From positions 1-64,000 of the forward strand of contig CAVVLJ010000022.1 in NCBI GenBank assembly GCA_963749075.1: a DNA stretch of 64,000 nt, in the 5' to 3' direction. Shown here piece after piece: positions 47,387 through 62,439 of the stretch; the stretch's first letter is position 1; each line of letters starts with the position of its first letter. Both the position numbers and the translations under genes were made by a program. The DNA comes from an uncultured Pseudomonadota bacterium (GTDB lineage: Bacteria > Pseudomonadota > Alphaproteobacteria > JACZXZ01). A model generated the notes under the pieces. The model worked only from the letters and a program-made list of their open reading frames with translations, did no database searches and was not told the origin of the DNA.

Positions 47387-47866
47387 ATGCGACGCGTCAA
47401 GCTCGACCGCATCGACCACCGCATCCTCGGCGATCTCCAGGAGAACGGGCGCATCACCAACGTCGAGCTCGCCAAGCGCGCCGGCATCTCGGCGCCGCCG
47501 TGCCTCCGCCGGGTGCGCGCGCTCGAGGAGGCCGGCTTCATCCGCGGCTACCATGCGGAGCTCGACCCCGAGCGGCTCGGCTTCGAGGTGGTGTTCTTCG
47601 CCCTCGTCGGGCTCGACAGCCAGGCCGAGGCGGTGCTCACGGGGTTCGAGGAGTCGGTGCGCGGCTGGCCCGAGGTACGCGAGTGCTACATGGCGCGCGG
47701 CACCGACGACTTCGTGCTCAAGCTCGTGGCGCGCAATACGGCGCACGAGAACGAGCTCACCACCAAGCTCACCTCGGCACTCCACGTGGCGCGCGTGCGC
47801 ACGGTGCAGGTCATCCGCACCTCCAAGGCGCTGCCGGGGATACCGGTGGAAGCGGACGACAGATGA
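47387..47866 (+). CDS. Lrp/AsnC family regulator
   Basis: LDRIDHRILGDLQENGRITNVELAKRAGISAPPCLRRVRALEEAG. Confidence 0.93.
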   Translation: MRRVKLDRIDHRILGDLQENGRITNVELAKRAGISAPPCLRRVRALEEAGFIRGYHAELDPERLGFEVVFFALVGLDSQAEAVLTGFEESVRGWPEVRECYMARGTDDFVLKLVARNTAHENELTTKLTSALHVARVRTVQVIRTSKALPGIPVEADDR

Positions 47867-47921
47867 CAGACGACGGATGACGGAAAGGGAAGCCGTTCCG
47901 TCGTCCGTCATCTGTCGTCCG
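47854..47921. repeat. Heptamer-periodic palindrome, copy 1
   Basis: Left arm ACAGATG ACAGACG ACGGATG ACGGAA; right arm TTCCGT CGTCCGT CATCTGT CGTCC. Confidence 0.8.
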
Positions 47922-47923
47922 GT

Positions 47924-48397
47924 CTATTCGAAGCGCACCTTCTGGATCTCGTAGACCTTGGAGCCGCGCGGGGTGGAAACCTCGACGCTCTCGCCCACTT
48001 CCTTGCCGATGAGGGCGCGGGCCAGCGGCGAGACGATGGAGAGCTTGCCCGAGGTGATGTCCGACTCCTCCGCGCCGACCAGCTTGAAGGTCACCTCCTC
48101 GTCGGTGTCGACGTTGACGAGATCGACGGTGGCGCCGAACTTGACCGCCTTGCCGGTGAGCTTGCTCACGTCGATCACCTCGGCGCGGCGGATCTTGTCC
48201 TCGAGCTCGGCGACGCGGCCCTCGATGAAGCTCTGGCGCTCGCGCGCGGCGTGATACTCGGCGTTCTCCGAGAGGTCGCCGTGGGTGCGCGCCTCCTCGA
48301 GCGCGCGGATGACCGCCGGTCGCTCGACCGCCTTGAGCCGGCGCAGCTCCTCCTGGAGGCGGGACAATCCCTCCCGGGTGATCGGCATCTTATCCAT
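47924..48397 (-). CDS. greA: Transcription elongation factor GreA
   Basis: ARTHGDLSENAEYHAARE, SPLARALIGK. Confidence 0.97.
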   Translation of the reverse strand: MDKMPITREGLSRLQEELRRLKAVERPAVIRALEEARTHGDLSENAEYHAARERQSFIEGRVAELEDKIRRAEVIDVSKLTGKAVKFGATVDLVNVDTDEEVTFKLVGAEESDITSGKLSIVSPLARALIGKEVGESVEVSTPRGSKVYEIQKVRFE

Positions 48398-48484
48398 GGT
48401 CAACGTCCAACCTGTGCCTCAACAGACAATAGCTCCCATAGCCGGACACGCTTGGCTTCGCCCGGGCTATGAGAGGGGAGTAGG

Positions 48485-51736
<3,252 letters not shown>

Positions 51737-51746
51737 GGGGGGCAAT

Positions 51747-51844
51747 CGCATGTGGCGCCGAGGGGATTTCCTCATCCTTCGAGACGGGCCTGCGGCCCTC
51801 CTCAGGATGAGGAAATCCTCCAAGGCTGGAGGCGGCCACATGCG
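51747..51844. repeat. Palindromic intergenic repeat between carA and carB
   Basis: GGATTTCCTCATCCT...AGGATGAGGAAATCC arms, flanked by CGCATGTGGC/GCCACATGCG. The core resembles the CTCATCCTGAGGAG...TCTCGAAGGATG alphaproteobacterial repeat. Confidence 0.7.
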
Positions 51845-51885
51845 AGTCCCCCGCCTCGAGGGGGAAGAGGGAATAGCGGCGGCGC

Positions 51886-53070
51886 TCAGTCATTCTCTTC
51901 CATGAGCTTGACGAAGCGCTGGAAGAGATAGTGGCTGTCGCGCGGGCCGGGGGAGGCCTCGGGGTGGTACTGCACGGCGAAGACCGGCTTGTCCTTGAGG
52001 CGGAAGCCCTCGACGCTGCCGTCGAAGAGCGAGCGGTGGGTGACCGCGAGCTCAGGCGGCATGGAGGCCTCGACGACGACGAAGCCGTGATTCTGGCTGG
52101 TGATCTCGACCTTGCCGGTCTCCAGATCCTTGACCGGGTGGTTGGCGCCGCGGTGGCCGTGGTGCATCTTCGCGGTCTCGGCGCCCAGTGCCAGCGCCAT
52201 CATCTGGTGGCCCAAGCAGATGCCGAAGGTGGGGACGCCGGCCGCGATGATGCGCCGGATCATCGGCACGGCGTACTCGCCCGTCGCAGCGGGATCGCCG
52301 GGGCCGTTCGAGAGGAAGACGCCGTCGGGCTCGAGCGCCAGGATGGCCTCCGCCGCGGTCGTTGCCGGCACCACGGTCACGCGGCAGCCGGCCGAGGCGA
52401 GCGAGCGCAGGATGTTGCGCTTGGCGCCATAGTCGACCGCGACGACGTGGAAGTGCTCCTTGCCGAGCCGGCCGTAGCCCTGGCCCAAGGCCCACAGCGT
52501 CTCGTCCCATTGGTAGCTCTGGCGGCAGCTCACCTCCCTGGCGAGGTCCATGCCTTCGAGCCCGGGCCAGGCCGCCGCCTCGGCCACGAGTGCCGCGATG
52601 TCGAAGCGGCCGTCGGGGGCCGAGGCGAGCACGCCGTTGGCCGCTCCGCCGTCGCGCAAGCGCCGCGTGAGCCGGCGCGTGTCGATGCCGGAAATTCCGG
52701 GGAGACCGTGGGAGACGAGCCAGCCGTTGAGATGCTGCACCGAGCGCCAGTTGCTCGGCTCGGTGATGTCGTCGCGGATGACGAGGCCGCGTGCGGCCGG
52801 CGTCGCGGTCTCGATATCCTCGGGGTTGGTGCCGACGTTGCCGATGTGGGGGAAGGTGAAGGTGATGATCTGCCCGGCATAGGAGGGGTCGGTGAGGATC
52901 TCCTGGTAGCCGGTGATCGCCGTGTTGAAGCAGATCTCGCCAGCCACCTTGGCGGCCGCACCTATGCCGCGCCCCCAGAAGAGCGTGCCGTCGGCGAGCG
53001 CCAGCACGGCGCTGGCACCCGGCGGCGCCGTTTCCCGCCCCTGGCTCGGCGCGAGCTTGGCTTGCGGCAT
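51886..53070 (-). CDS. carA: Carbamoyl-phosphate synthase small subunit
   Basis: [36 protein letters not shown]. Confidence 0.98.
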   Translation of the reverse strand: MPQAKLAPSQGRETAPPGASAVLALADGTLFWGRGIGAAAKVAGEICFNTAITGYQEILTDPSYAGQIITFTFPHIGNVGTNPEDIETATPAARGLVIRDDITEPSNWRSVQHLNGWLVSHGLPGISGIDTRRLTRRLRDGGAANGVLASAPDGRFDIAALVAEAAAWPGLEGMDLAREVSCRQSYQWDETLWALGQGYGRLGKEHFHVVAVDYGAKRNILRSLASAGCRVTVVPATTAAEAILALEPDGVFLSNGPGDPAATGEYAVPMIRRIIAAGVPTFGICLGHQMMALALGAETAKMHHGHRGANHPVKDLETGKVEITSQNHGFVVVEASMPPELAVTHRSLFDGSVEGFRLKDKPVFAVQYHPEASPGPRDSHYLFQRFVKLMEEND

Positions 53071-53265
53071 GTGGCTGGCCTCCCGGGCTCGGGCACGCTC
53101 TCGACGCGCGCACGGCCGCGGCTTAGATAAGCAAAGAGCGTGCCGCCGTCAAGCCGCCCAGTGTGATAAATTTGTCGGCAATTCAATCGCTTAAGGCACG
53201 ATAGAGCTTGCGCGTCCGGGCGTTTCCCGCTACCCTTCCCGCTTTCCCGACAGGCTTCCCCTGCC

Positions 53266-53728
53266 ATGCTGCGTGCCCGTCTCTCCGAGGCCCTCAAGAC
53301 TGCCATGAAAGCGCGGGACGCGGGCTCCGTTTCGGCGCTGCGCCTCATCCTGGCGCGTCTCAAGGAGCGCGACATCGAGGCGCGCCCCAAGGGCAACATG
53401 AACGGCATCTCCGCGGAGGAGATGGTGGCGATGATGCAGGGCATGGTCAAGCAGCGCCGCGAGTTCGATCGAGCTCTACGAGCGCGGCGGCCGGCCCGAG
53501 CTCGCGGAGAAGGAGCGCCAGGAGATCGCGGTCATCGAGTCGTTCATGCCGCGCCAGCTCTCGGAAGGCGAGATGGCGGCGGCCGTGGCTGCCGCGATCG
53601 GCGAGGTCGGCGCCGGCGGCATCAAGGACATGGGCAAAGTCATGGCTCGGCTCAAGGAGCGCTTCGCGGGCACCATGGATTTCTCCAAGGCGAGCGGCCT
53701 CGTCAAAGCCAAGCTGGCGGGAAGTTGA
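53266..53728 (+). CDS. GatB/YqeY domain protein with an apparent +1 frameshift at ~53464
   Basis: LKTAMKARD...MVKQRRE; removing one T gives SIELYERGGRPELAEKE...KDMGKVM. Confidence 0.9.
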
Positions 53729-53876
53729 TGGCGCGCGCGGCGCCGCATGAGCGGCGGCTGACATTGCGGGGGCGGCAACTGGGCGGCGGACGGGCGGGCG
53801 GCCGGGGCGGCACGCCGCTTGCTTCGAGGTTGCTTGCTTTGAGGATGGACGAAGCGTTGCTGGCGGGTCCCGCCTG

Positions 53877-55742
53877 ATGGCCCTCTCTCCACAGTTCCTC
53901 GACGAGCTGCGCGCCCGCATCGGGCTGGTCGAGGCGATCTCGCGGCGCGTCAAGCTCCAGCGCAAGGGGCGCGAGCATCTCGGCCTCTGCCCGTTCCACA
54001 ACGAGAAGACGCCCTCCTTCACGGTCAACGAGGAGAAGGGCTTCTTCCATTGCTTCGGCTGCGGCGCCCACGGCGACGTCATCGGCTTCGTCATGCGCAG
54101 CGAGCATCTGAGCTTCCCGGAGGCCGTCGAGCGCCTCGCCGCCGAGGCGGGCTTGGCCGTGCCCCAGTCCTCGCCGGAGGAGCGCGCCCACGCCGAGAGG
54201 CTCAAGACGCTCGGCAGCGCGCTCGAGGCCGCCTCAGCCTTCTACGAAGCGCAGCTCAAGGCGGCTCCGGGACGCGAGGCGCTCGACTATCTCAGGCGGC
54301 GCGGTCTCGAGGAGGTGACCATCGCGCGCTTCCGGCTGGGCTTCGCACCCGAGGGCGGCGCGCTCAAGAGCCGGCTCCTCAAGGACGGCTACGGCGAGGC
54401 GCTGCTGCTCGAGGCCGGCCTCGTCGCCAAGAGCGAGGAGCGCAACGAGACCTTCGACTACTTCCGCGGCCGCGTGATGTTCCCCATCGCGGACGCGCGC
54501 GGGCGCATCGCGGCCTTCGGCGCGCGCGCGCTGGGCGATGCCCAGCCCAAGTACATCAACTCGCGCGAAAGCGAGCTCTTCCACAAGGGGAGGATGCTCT
54601 ACGGCCTCGCCCACGCCCGGCGGGGTGCTGCCGAGAGCGGCCGGCTCATCGTGGTCGAGGGCTACATGGACGTGATCGCGTTGCACCAGGCGGGCTTCAG
54701 CGAGGCCGTGGCGCCCCTCGGCACGGCGCTCACCGAGGCCCAGCTCGCCCAGCTCTGGCGCCTCGTCGACGAGCCCATTCTCTGCTTCGACGGCGACGCG
54801 GCAGGCGAGCGTGCGGCGGCGCGCGCCGCGGAGCGCGCGCTCTCATTGCTCAAGCCCGGCAAATCCCTGCGCTTCGTGCGCCTGCCGGCGGGCGAGGATC
54901 CGGACACCCTCCTCCGGCAGCAAGGTGCCGCGGCCATGGGCGAGCTCTTCGCCAATGCCCGGCCGCTCGTCGATCTCGTGTGGGAGCTCGAGATCGCCGT
55001 CCATCCCGCCGATACGCCCGAGCGCAAGGCCCGGCTCAAGGAGCGCATCGAGCAGACCGCCCGGCGCATCGCCGATGACGCGGTGCAGAAGAGCTATCGG
55101 CAGGAGCTCTGGGCCCGTTACCATCAGCGCTTCGCCGCCGCCGCCGGGGGCGGCTTTACGGGTCGCCACGCTGCCCGGCCGGCCGGCCGGGCTGGGCGCG
55201 AGCCGACCGCCACTGGGCTCATGGGGCCGCGAAAGCCCGAATCGCTGCTGTTGCTCGCCCAACAGGCATTGGTCGCGGCAATCGTGAACCACCCGGCTCT
55301 ACTCGACCAACTCGCCGAGCCATTCGGAACCTTTGAGCTGCCGAATGAGGAACTTGACAATTTGCGGGGTGCAATCATAAACGCCAAGACGGCGAACCCG
55401 GATATTGACTCCGAGCAGCTTAAAGACCACCTAAGGTCATCCAGATACAGTGGAATTCTCGACCGTGTCCTGACACGGGAGGTCTACGCGGCAGCGCCCT
55501 TCGCCAATCCCGCCCTCGATCTCTCGGCGGCGGCGACGGGGTGGCGACACAGTTACGAGCTGCTCGCGCGGCGGCGCGCGCGGCTCGACATCGACGAGGC
55601 GGAGCGCGAGCACGCCGAGCACATGAGCGAGGAAAGCCTGACCCGCCTGCGCGCGCTGCAGCGTCAGATCGCCGAGGAGGAGCGCAAGGCGGTCGAGCTG
55701 GAGCGGGACGACGACCTGCTGCGCAAGACCAAGGCGAGGTGA
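53877..55742 (+). CDS. dnaG: DNA primase
   Basis: CPFHNEKTPSF zinc finger, KYINS, VEGYMDV, CFDGDAAG. Confidence 0.98.
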   Translation: MALSPQFLDELRARIGLVEAISRRVKLQRKGREHLGLCPFHNEKTPSFTVNEEKGFFHCFGCGAHGDVIGFVMRSEHLSFPEAVERLAAEAGLAVPQSSPEERAHAERLKTLGSALEAASAFYEAQLKAAPGREALDYLRRRGLEEVTIARFRLGFAPEGGALKSRLLKDGYGEALLLEAGLVAKSEERNETFDYFRGRVMFPIADARGRIAAFGARALGDAQPKYINSRESELFHKGRMLYGLAHARRGAAESGRLIVVEGYMDVIALHQAGFSEAVAPLGTALTEAQLAQLWRLVDEPILCFDGDAAGERAAARAAERALSLLKPGKSLRFVRLPAGEDPDTLLRQQGAAAMGELFANARPLVDLVWELEIAVHPADTPERKARLKERIEQTARRIADDAVQKSYRQELWARYHQRFAAAAGGGFTGRHAARPAGRAGREPTATGLMGPRKPESLLLLAQQALVAAIVNHPALLDQLAEPFGTFELPNEELDNLRGAIINAKTANPDIDSEQLKDHLRSSRYSGILDRVLTREVYAAAPFANPALDLSAAATGWRHSYELLARRRARLDIDEAEREHAEHMSEESLTRLRALQRQIAEEERKAVELERDDDLLRKTKAR

Positions 55743-55815
55743 GTGAGGGGAGCGCTCTCGTGATTCGGGGGGTGCTGTCGTTGATTTCATCGGGTCGAAA
55801 GGGAGCGACGGCGGC

Positions 55816-57852
<2,037 letters not shown>

Positions 57853-57856
57853 AGTC

Positions 57857-57939
57857 GGACGACGGAGGACGGACGACAGATGACGGATAAGGCGCAGAGG
57901 CTCTCGTTCCGTCGTCTGTCGTCCGTCGTCCGTCTTCTG
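57857..57939. repeat. Heptamer-periodic palindrome, copy 2
   Basis: Left arm ACGGAGG ACGGACG ACAGATG ACGGA; right arm TCCGT CGTCTGT CGTCCGT CGTCCGT CTTCTG. Confidence 0.8.
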
Positions 57940-57943
57940 GCAG

Positions 57944-58020
57944 GGGCCCGTAGTTCAGCTGGTTAGAACGCACCGCTCATAACGGTGTTGTCGCAGGTTC
58001 GAGTCCTGCCGGGCCCACCA
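57944..58020 (+). tRNA. tRNA with CAT anticodon, most likely tRNA-Ile2 (lysidine-modified)
   Basis: GGGCCCG/CGGGCCC acceptor stem, CACCG-CTCATAA-CGGTG anticodon arm, GGTTCGAGTCC, encoded CCA. Not an initiator (position 1:72 is paired); position after rpoD is typical of Ile2. Confidence 0.93.
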
Positions 58021-58413
58021 GCATTTCAATGACTTAGCCATATTGTGTTTCGGCGACTTCACTCCGTAAGTGCACGGTAAGTGCAGCATTCGGCGGCACG
58101 TTTTGACGAGCATAGGCGAACGTCCGCGACCGATATTTTGACCCGTTATGTACGTTGGGGGGATTGACAGTAAGCGGCCGTCACTCGCGACAGACAGCAC
58201 TTCCGAAAAGTGCCAATTGCGGACTCCGTCCGTGCCTCCGAGAATGGTTTGCCCAGCCCTCGACCATCGTTCGGGCGCCCGAGGTGCCGGTTGCCGTCTG
58301 CACCCCGGGTCTGGATTGCAGGAAGGCCCGAAAGGTGAGAATATTCACGCTAGATCGGGAGTCATCTGGGGAATCCCGGATAATATAGGCGCTGGACCAC
58401 TCGGTGGAGGTCC

Positions 58414-60576
58414 GTGATGCGTGTCAAAATTCTACTATGGGCAATTCTCTGGATTGACACGTTAAGCTACGCTACTGCTGGAGCGCAAAGTGCGGCAGAC
58501 CAGGCTGCCGGCTATCGTGCCCTCGAAGCCGAGTCGGCTAGTCGTCTCCAGTTGGAAGGCGCCGTCCTTTATCAAAACGATCCCCAGAAGTCGGACGCCT
58601 ACTCCTATTGCCGTCGAGCCGTTCAGCTGGCCAAGCAGGGTGAATTTCGGCTAGCTATTCGGGCCGCGAGCATGGCTCTCTTCCTCGGCAAGAAGAATTC
58701 GGACCTTTATCTGCAATCCAGGGCGGAGCGTGACTTGGCCATGGCCTATAGCTTTGCCGGCGACTTGGAGCACGCTAAGGCATATGCGGAAAGTGCCATA
58801 TCGGACGTTGCAATGGCCAGGCCGCCGCGGAATTTTGAAACCTTTGAGGTCTCTGCGAGTGCGAATAAGACTATCGGCGACGTCTACTTACGTCAGGGCA
58901 AGGCAGTAATAGCGATACAAAGGTATGAAGAGGCGCTTCGCCTTGCGCGACAATCCAACAGCGTTGGGATGAGATTCAGCATTGGGATGGAATTCCTGAG
59001 CCTGATTCGAACTTCGATAGCGAACGCGCTGCTGGCAAATGGCGACGTTGACAAGGCGAAGCGTCTCCTGCTCGAGCTCGATTCTGAATCCGGGGGCCGA
59101 AGTCACGCATACACACAGCGCGCTCTGGGCAATGTTGCGATCGCTGAAAAGAAGTGGGATGAGGCAATTAGTCATTTCAAAGCCTTGGCTTCGGCACAAG
59201 GTGATACCGACTCCAACCAACTATGGGCCCTCGATGGAATTGCCAGAGCGAAGCGAGCCTCGGGCGATCAATCCGGGGCGCTTTCCGCTTACCTCGAAGC
59301 GGTCGGTGCTGCCGAAAGGATTAGAGCTCGGTTTCATAGCGATGAATTTCGTGCCGGTTTTTTTGGCGATACGCAGCGGATATTCGACGAACTTATCGAA
59401 CTGATGATTCGATCCGGGCACTCGCAAGAGGCATTTGACGTCAGTGAACGAAGCCGCAGCCGTGCACTATTAGACATGGTACGGGACCGTATTGCCGTGA
59501 GTTTTGGCGATACATCATTCCCCATCGAGGCCGCGCGGTCGACTTCCTGGCGCGAGGTTATTGCGATGCTGCCGCCAAACGCGGCGCTCGTCGTCTACCA
59601 CGTCTTGCCTAGTTTCACCGTGGCCTGGACCCTCCGGCGTTCTGGCATCGCCGTGTCAACCCTTCAAATACGCAGTGACCAACTTGCATCCGACGTGCTC
59701 GCATTCCGGGAGGCAATCCAGCATCGCACGGATGCGACAGCAGAGGCACGCATGCTCTATGAGACCCTCATAAGCCCACTGGGTCTCGAGCCCGGCGAAT
59801 CGCTCATTATCGTCCCCTACGGACCGCTGCATTACCTGCCGTTTCAAGCCCTGAAGGGGCCGAACGGCTATCTGGCTATGGAGCGAGCGATCTCCTACGC
59901 ACCGTCGGCCAGCGCACTCGTAGCTATTATGGCGCGTGACCCGGCGTCAAATGGCCAGGTTGTTGCCTTTGGCGATCCCGACTTGGGTTCGGTGAGACTT
60001 GCATTGCCGGGGGCTGCTCGAGAGGTGGAGGAAATCCAAAAACTGTTTCCAAAGGCCGAGGTTTATGAACGGGAACGAGCGACAAAAACAGCGTTGATCG
60101 AGAAAGCCCCCGAAAGCTGGGTACTCCATCTTGCTGCACACGCTGACTTAGATGCCGTAGATCCTTTGCATTCCTCCATACTCCTGAGTGCCACCCCGAC
60201 GGTACCTGGTACCCTAGAGGCGGCGGAGGTCTACGGCTTGAATCTTCATCTCACGCGGATCGCCGCGCTCAGTGGTTGCGATACCGGGCTCGGCAATGTT
60301 TCGCGCGGCGATGAGATTTGGGGTTTCACGCGGAGTTTTCTCGGCGCGGGAGTTTCAACGCTTCTTGTTTCACTTTGGCCGGTCGAAGACGCATCGACGG
60401 AACGACTGATGGCTGCATTCTACCGAGAGGTGCGGGACCATCCTGCCAACGAGGCATTGCGGACGGCTCAACGCGCGGTGTTTGATGACACCCAATTCAG
60501 GGATCCGTTTTTTTGGGCAGCGTTCGACCTCATGGGAGATTGGCGTGCCCTTAATGGCGCCAAAGCAGTTCACTGA
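58414..60576 (+). CDS. TPR + CHAT (caspase-like) domain protein with signal peptide
   Basis: TPR-like helices, SERSRSRALLD, IVPYGPLHYLPFQAL, LHLAAHA, LSGCDTG, VSLWPVED, PFFWAAF; GGAGG RBS. Confidence 0.92.
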   Translation: MMRVKILLWAILWIDTLSYATAGAQSAADQAAGYRALEAESASRLQLEGAVLYQNDPQKSDAYSYCRRAVQLAKQGEFRLAIRAASMALFLGKKNSDLYLQSRAERDLAMAYSFAGDLEHAKAYAESAISDVAMARPPRNFETFEVSASANKTIGDVYLRQGKAVIAIQRYEEALRLARQSNSVGMRFSIGMEFLSLIRTSIANALLANGDVDKAKRLLLELDSESGGRSHAYTQRALGNVAIAEKKWDEAISHFKALASAQGDTDSNQLWALDGIARAKRASGDQSGALSAYLEAVGAAERIRARFHSDEFRAGFFGDTQRIFDELIELMIRSGHSQEAFDVSERSRSRALLDMVRDRIAVSFGDTSFPIEAARSTSWREVIAMLPPNAALVVYHVLPSFTVAWTLRRSGIAVSTLQIRSDQLASDVLAFREAIQHRTDATAEARMLYETLISPLGLEPGESLIIVPYGPLHYLPFQALKGPNGYLAMERAISYAPSASALVAIMARDPASNGQVVAFGDPDLGSVRLALPGAAREVEEIQKLFPKAEVYERERATKTALIEKAPESWVLHLAAHADLDAVDPLHSSILLSATPTVPGTLEAAEVYGLNLHLTRIAALSGCDTGLGNVSRGDEIWGFTRSFLGAGVSTLLVSLWPVEDASTERLMAAFYREVRDHPANEALRTAQRAVFDDTQFRDPFFWAAFDLMGDWRALNGAKAVH

Positions 60577-61161
60577 CGCTTTGCGGTCGGGATTGTTCGA
60601 CGAATGTCCTTGCGAAATGAAGCGATTTCATAGTGATTAGGCCGAGCGTGTGCACATAACGCTGGTGATGCGTCGTTAACCCGCTTGAAAGCCTGACATA
60701 CAGTCGTGCCCCCATGAGTAGCTGTGGTCCCCAGATTGTATCTGCGCGAACTGAGTACGAAATGGGGCTTTCGCACTAAGCCGTTCCTTGCGCCCCTCCA
60801 GTGGAACCTCCGACTGCCCGAAAGCATTGGCTATCACGGCACTTCCTGGCGGGCGCCGCGGCGGCAAGTCTTATTCAGTCGAGCTACGCGAGTTATGATG
60901 GGTTTTCTGTGGTGTCCTGGGTCGGCACGGACGCATGTCTCTCATGGGTCAAAGTGAGAAGTGCCGCCGTGGTATTCCATGTCCGGTTAGCGGCTGGTAC
61001 CGGAAAAGTTCGTTCACCAAGCGCGACTATGCTTTGGCCGCAAGGCTGATTTGGCATATCATTGCGGGCAAGCTTAGGTCATTTGGGGAATGTCAACCCA
61101 TGAGCTGGTCCTGGTTGTTCGGACAGGTGGCAGCGGATTTAAGGTGTATTCGGGATGCTGA

Positions 61162-62094
61162 TCACGCTGCCAAGACTCGAATCATGTTGAAGGCTTTTTG
61201 TTGCTGTTGGGCCTGTGGAGATGTGGGCAAGGCGTTAGCCTTGTCCATCATATCCACAGGCCGCCGGCTCGAGTAGGCTTCCGCAGGCGTGCCGCCGTCA
61301 AGCGCCGAGTGCGGCCGCTCGGTGTTGTAGAAGGCGATCCACTCGCCGATGACACGCTCGGCCGCGAAGCCATCCGTCATCTCGTGCAGGTAGACGGCCT
61401 CGTATTTCAACGAGCGCCAGAGGCGCTCGATGAAGATGTTGTCCAGGCACCGCCCCCGCCCGTCCATCGAGATCGCGATCTCCGCGCCCTTGAGCACGCC
61501 GGTGAAGTCGAGGCTGGTGAACTGGCTGCCCTGGTCGGTGTTGAAAATCTCGGGCCGGCCGTAGTCGGCCAGCGCCTCGTTCAGCGCCGCGATGCAGAAC
61601 CCGGCATCCATGGTGTTCGACAGCCGCCACGCCAGGACATGGCGCGTCGCCCAGTCCATGATCGCGACCAGATAGAGGAAGCCGCGCCGCACCGGGATGT
61701 AGGTGATGTCGGCGCACCAGACCTGATCGGGGCGCTCCACCGCCACGTCCCGCAGCAGATAGGGATAGACCCGGTGCCCCGGGTGCGGCGTGCTGGTTCT
61801 CGGCGCCTGGTAGATCGCCGCCAGGCCCATGAGGCGCATCAGCCGCCGGACCCGGTGGCGGCCGGCCGCGATATCCTCCCGCCGCAACTGGCGCACCATT
61901 TGCCGGCTGCCGTAGAAGGGGCAGCGCAGAAACAGCTCGTCGATGCGGCGCATCAGCGCCAGGTTCTCCGGGCTCTCGCCCCGGGGGGCGCAATAGAACG
62001 ACGAGCGGCTGATCGCGAGAAGCCGGCATTGGCGGCTCAAGCTCAAGCCGGGGTGGCCGGGCGTGATCATCGCCTTGCGCTCCTCCCGGCTCAT
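61162..62094 (-). CDS. IS3 transposase OrfB (DDE integrase core)
   Basis: WCADITY, NTDQGSQF, DNIFIERLWRSLKYE, YNTERPHSAL. Confidence 0.93.
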   Translation of the reverse strand: MSREERKAMITPGHPGLSLSRQCRLLAISRSSFYCAPRGESPENLALMRRIDELFLRCPFYGSRQMVRQLRREDIAAGRHRVRRLMRLMGLAAIYQAPRTSTPHPGHRVYPYLLRDVAVERPDQVWCADITYIPVRRGFLYLVAIMDWATRHVLAWRLSNTMDAGFCIAALNEALADYGRPEIFNTDQGSQFTSLDFTGVLKGAEIAISMDGRGRCLDNIFIERLWRSLKYEAVYLHEMTDGFAAERVIGEWIAFYNTERPHSALDGGTPAEAYSSRRPVDMMDKANALPTSPQAQQQQKAFNMIRVLAA

Positions 62095-62372
62095 CGCTTG
62101 AGCCCTCTGGCCAAAAAATCCCGTTCCACCGTCAACTGCCCGATCTTGGCGTGGAGATCGCGAACCTCGCTCTCGTGATCCTGGCGCTCGCGGTCCACCC
62201 CGCTCGAGAACACATCGCCCAAGCCCTCGATCGCTTGGCGCTTCCACGTGCTCACCTGGTTCGGATGCACCTTGTGCTTCGCCGCGATCTCCTGAACCGT
62301 CTTGTCGCCCCGCAACGCCTCCAGGGCTACCCGGGCCTTGAAATCGCCCGCAAACCGCCGTCTCATCGTCAT
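62091..62372 (-). CDS. IS3 transposase OrfA
   Basis: FKARVALEAL, HPNQVSTWK, KIGQLTVERDFL; a GATTTTTTG run in the overlap is a candidate -1 slippery site. Confidence 0.9.
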   Translation of the reverse strand: MTMRRRFAGDFKARVALEALRGDKTVQEIAAKHKVHPNQVSTWKRQAIEGLGDVFSSGVDRERQDHESEVRDLHAKIGQLTVERDFLARGLKR

Positions 62373-62439
62373 CGCGTACTCCTCCGTTATCCGGCGGAAT
62401 ACACCTTAGCACCCTGTCCGATTTTCCAGGACCAGCTCA

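Larger units (their letters stand above)
61101..62439 (-). mobile_element. IS3-family insertion sequence
   Basis: Terminal inverted repeats TGAGCTGGTCCTGG...TCGGACAGG at 61101 and the reverse complement ending at 62439; orfA/orfB. Confidence 0.93.

Noticed and set aside
47854-47921. CRISPR array or tRNA-like structure
   Set aside because: No repeat-spacer organisation, no cas genes and no cloverleaf; it is a heptamer palindrome.
53455-53475. Split yqeY
   Set aside because: One extra T in a conserved gene; probable sequencing error.
57944-58020. tRNA-Met or fMet
   Set aside because: No initiator features; the acceptor stem and position after rpoD favour Ile2, though elongator Met is not formally excluded.
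60600-61100. Short ORFs as a CHAT substrate (e.g. gasdermin-like)
   Set aside because: Only short ORFs with no RBS or recognisable motif; the region looks like decayed sequence.
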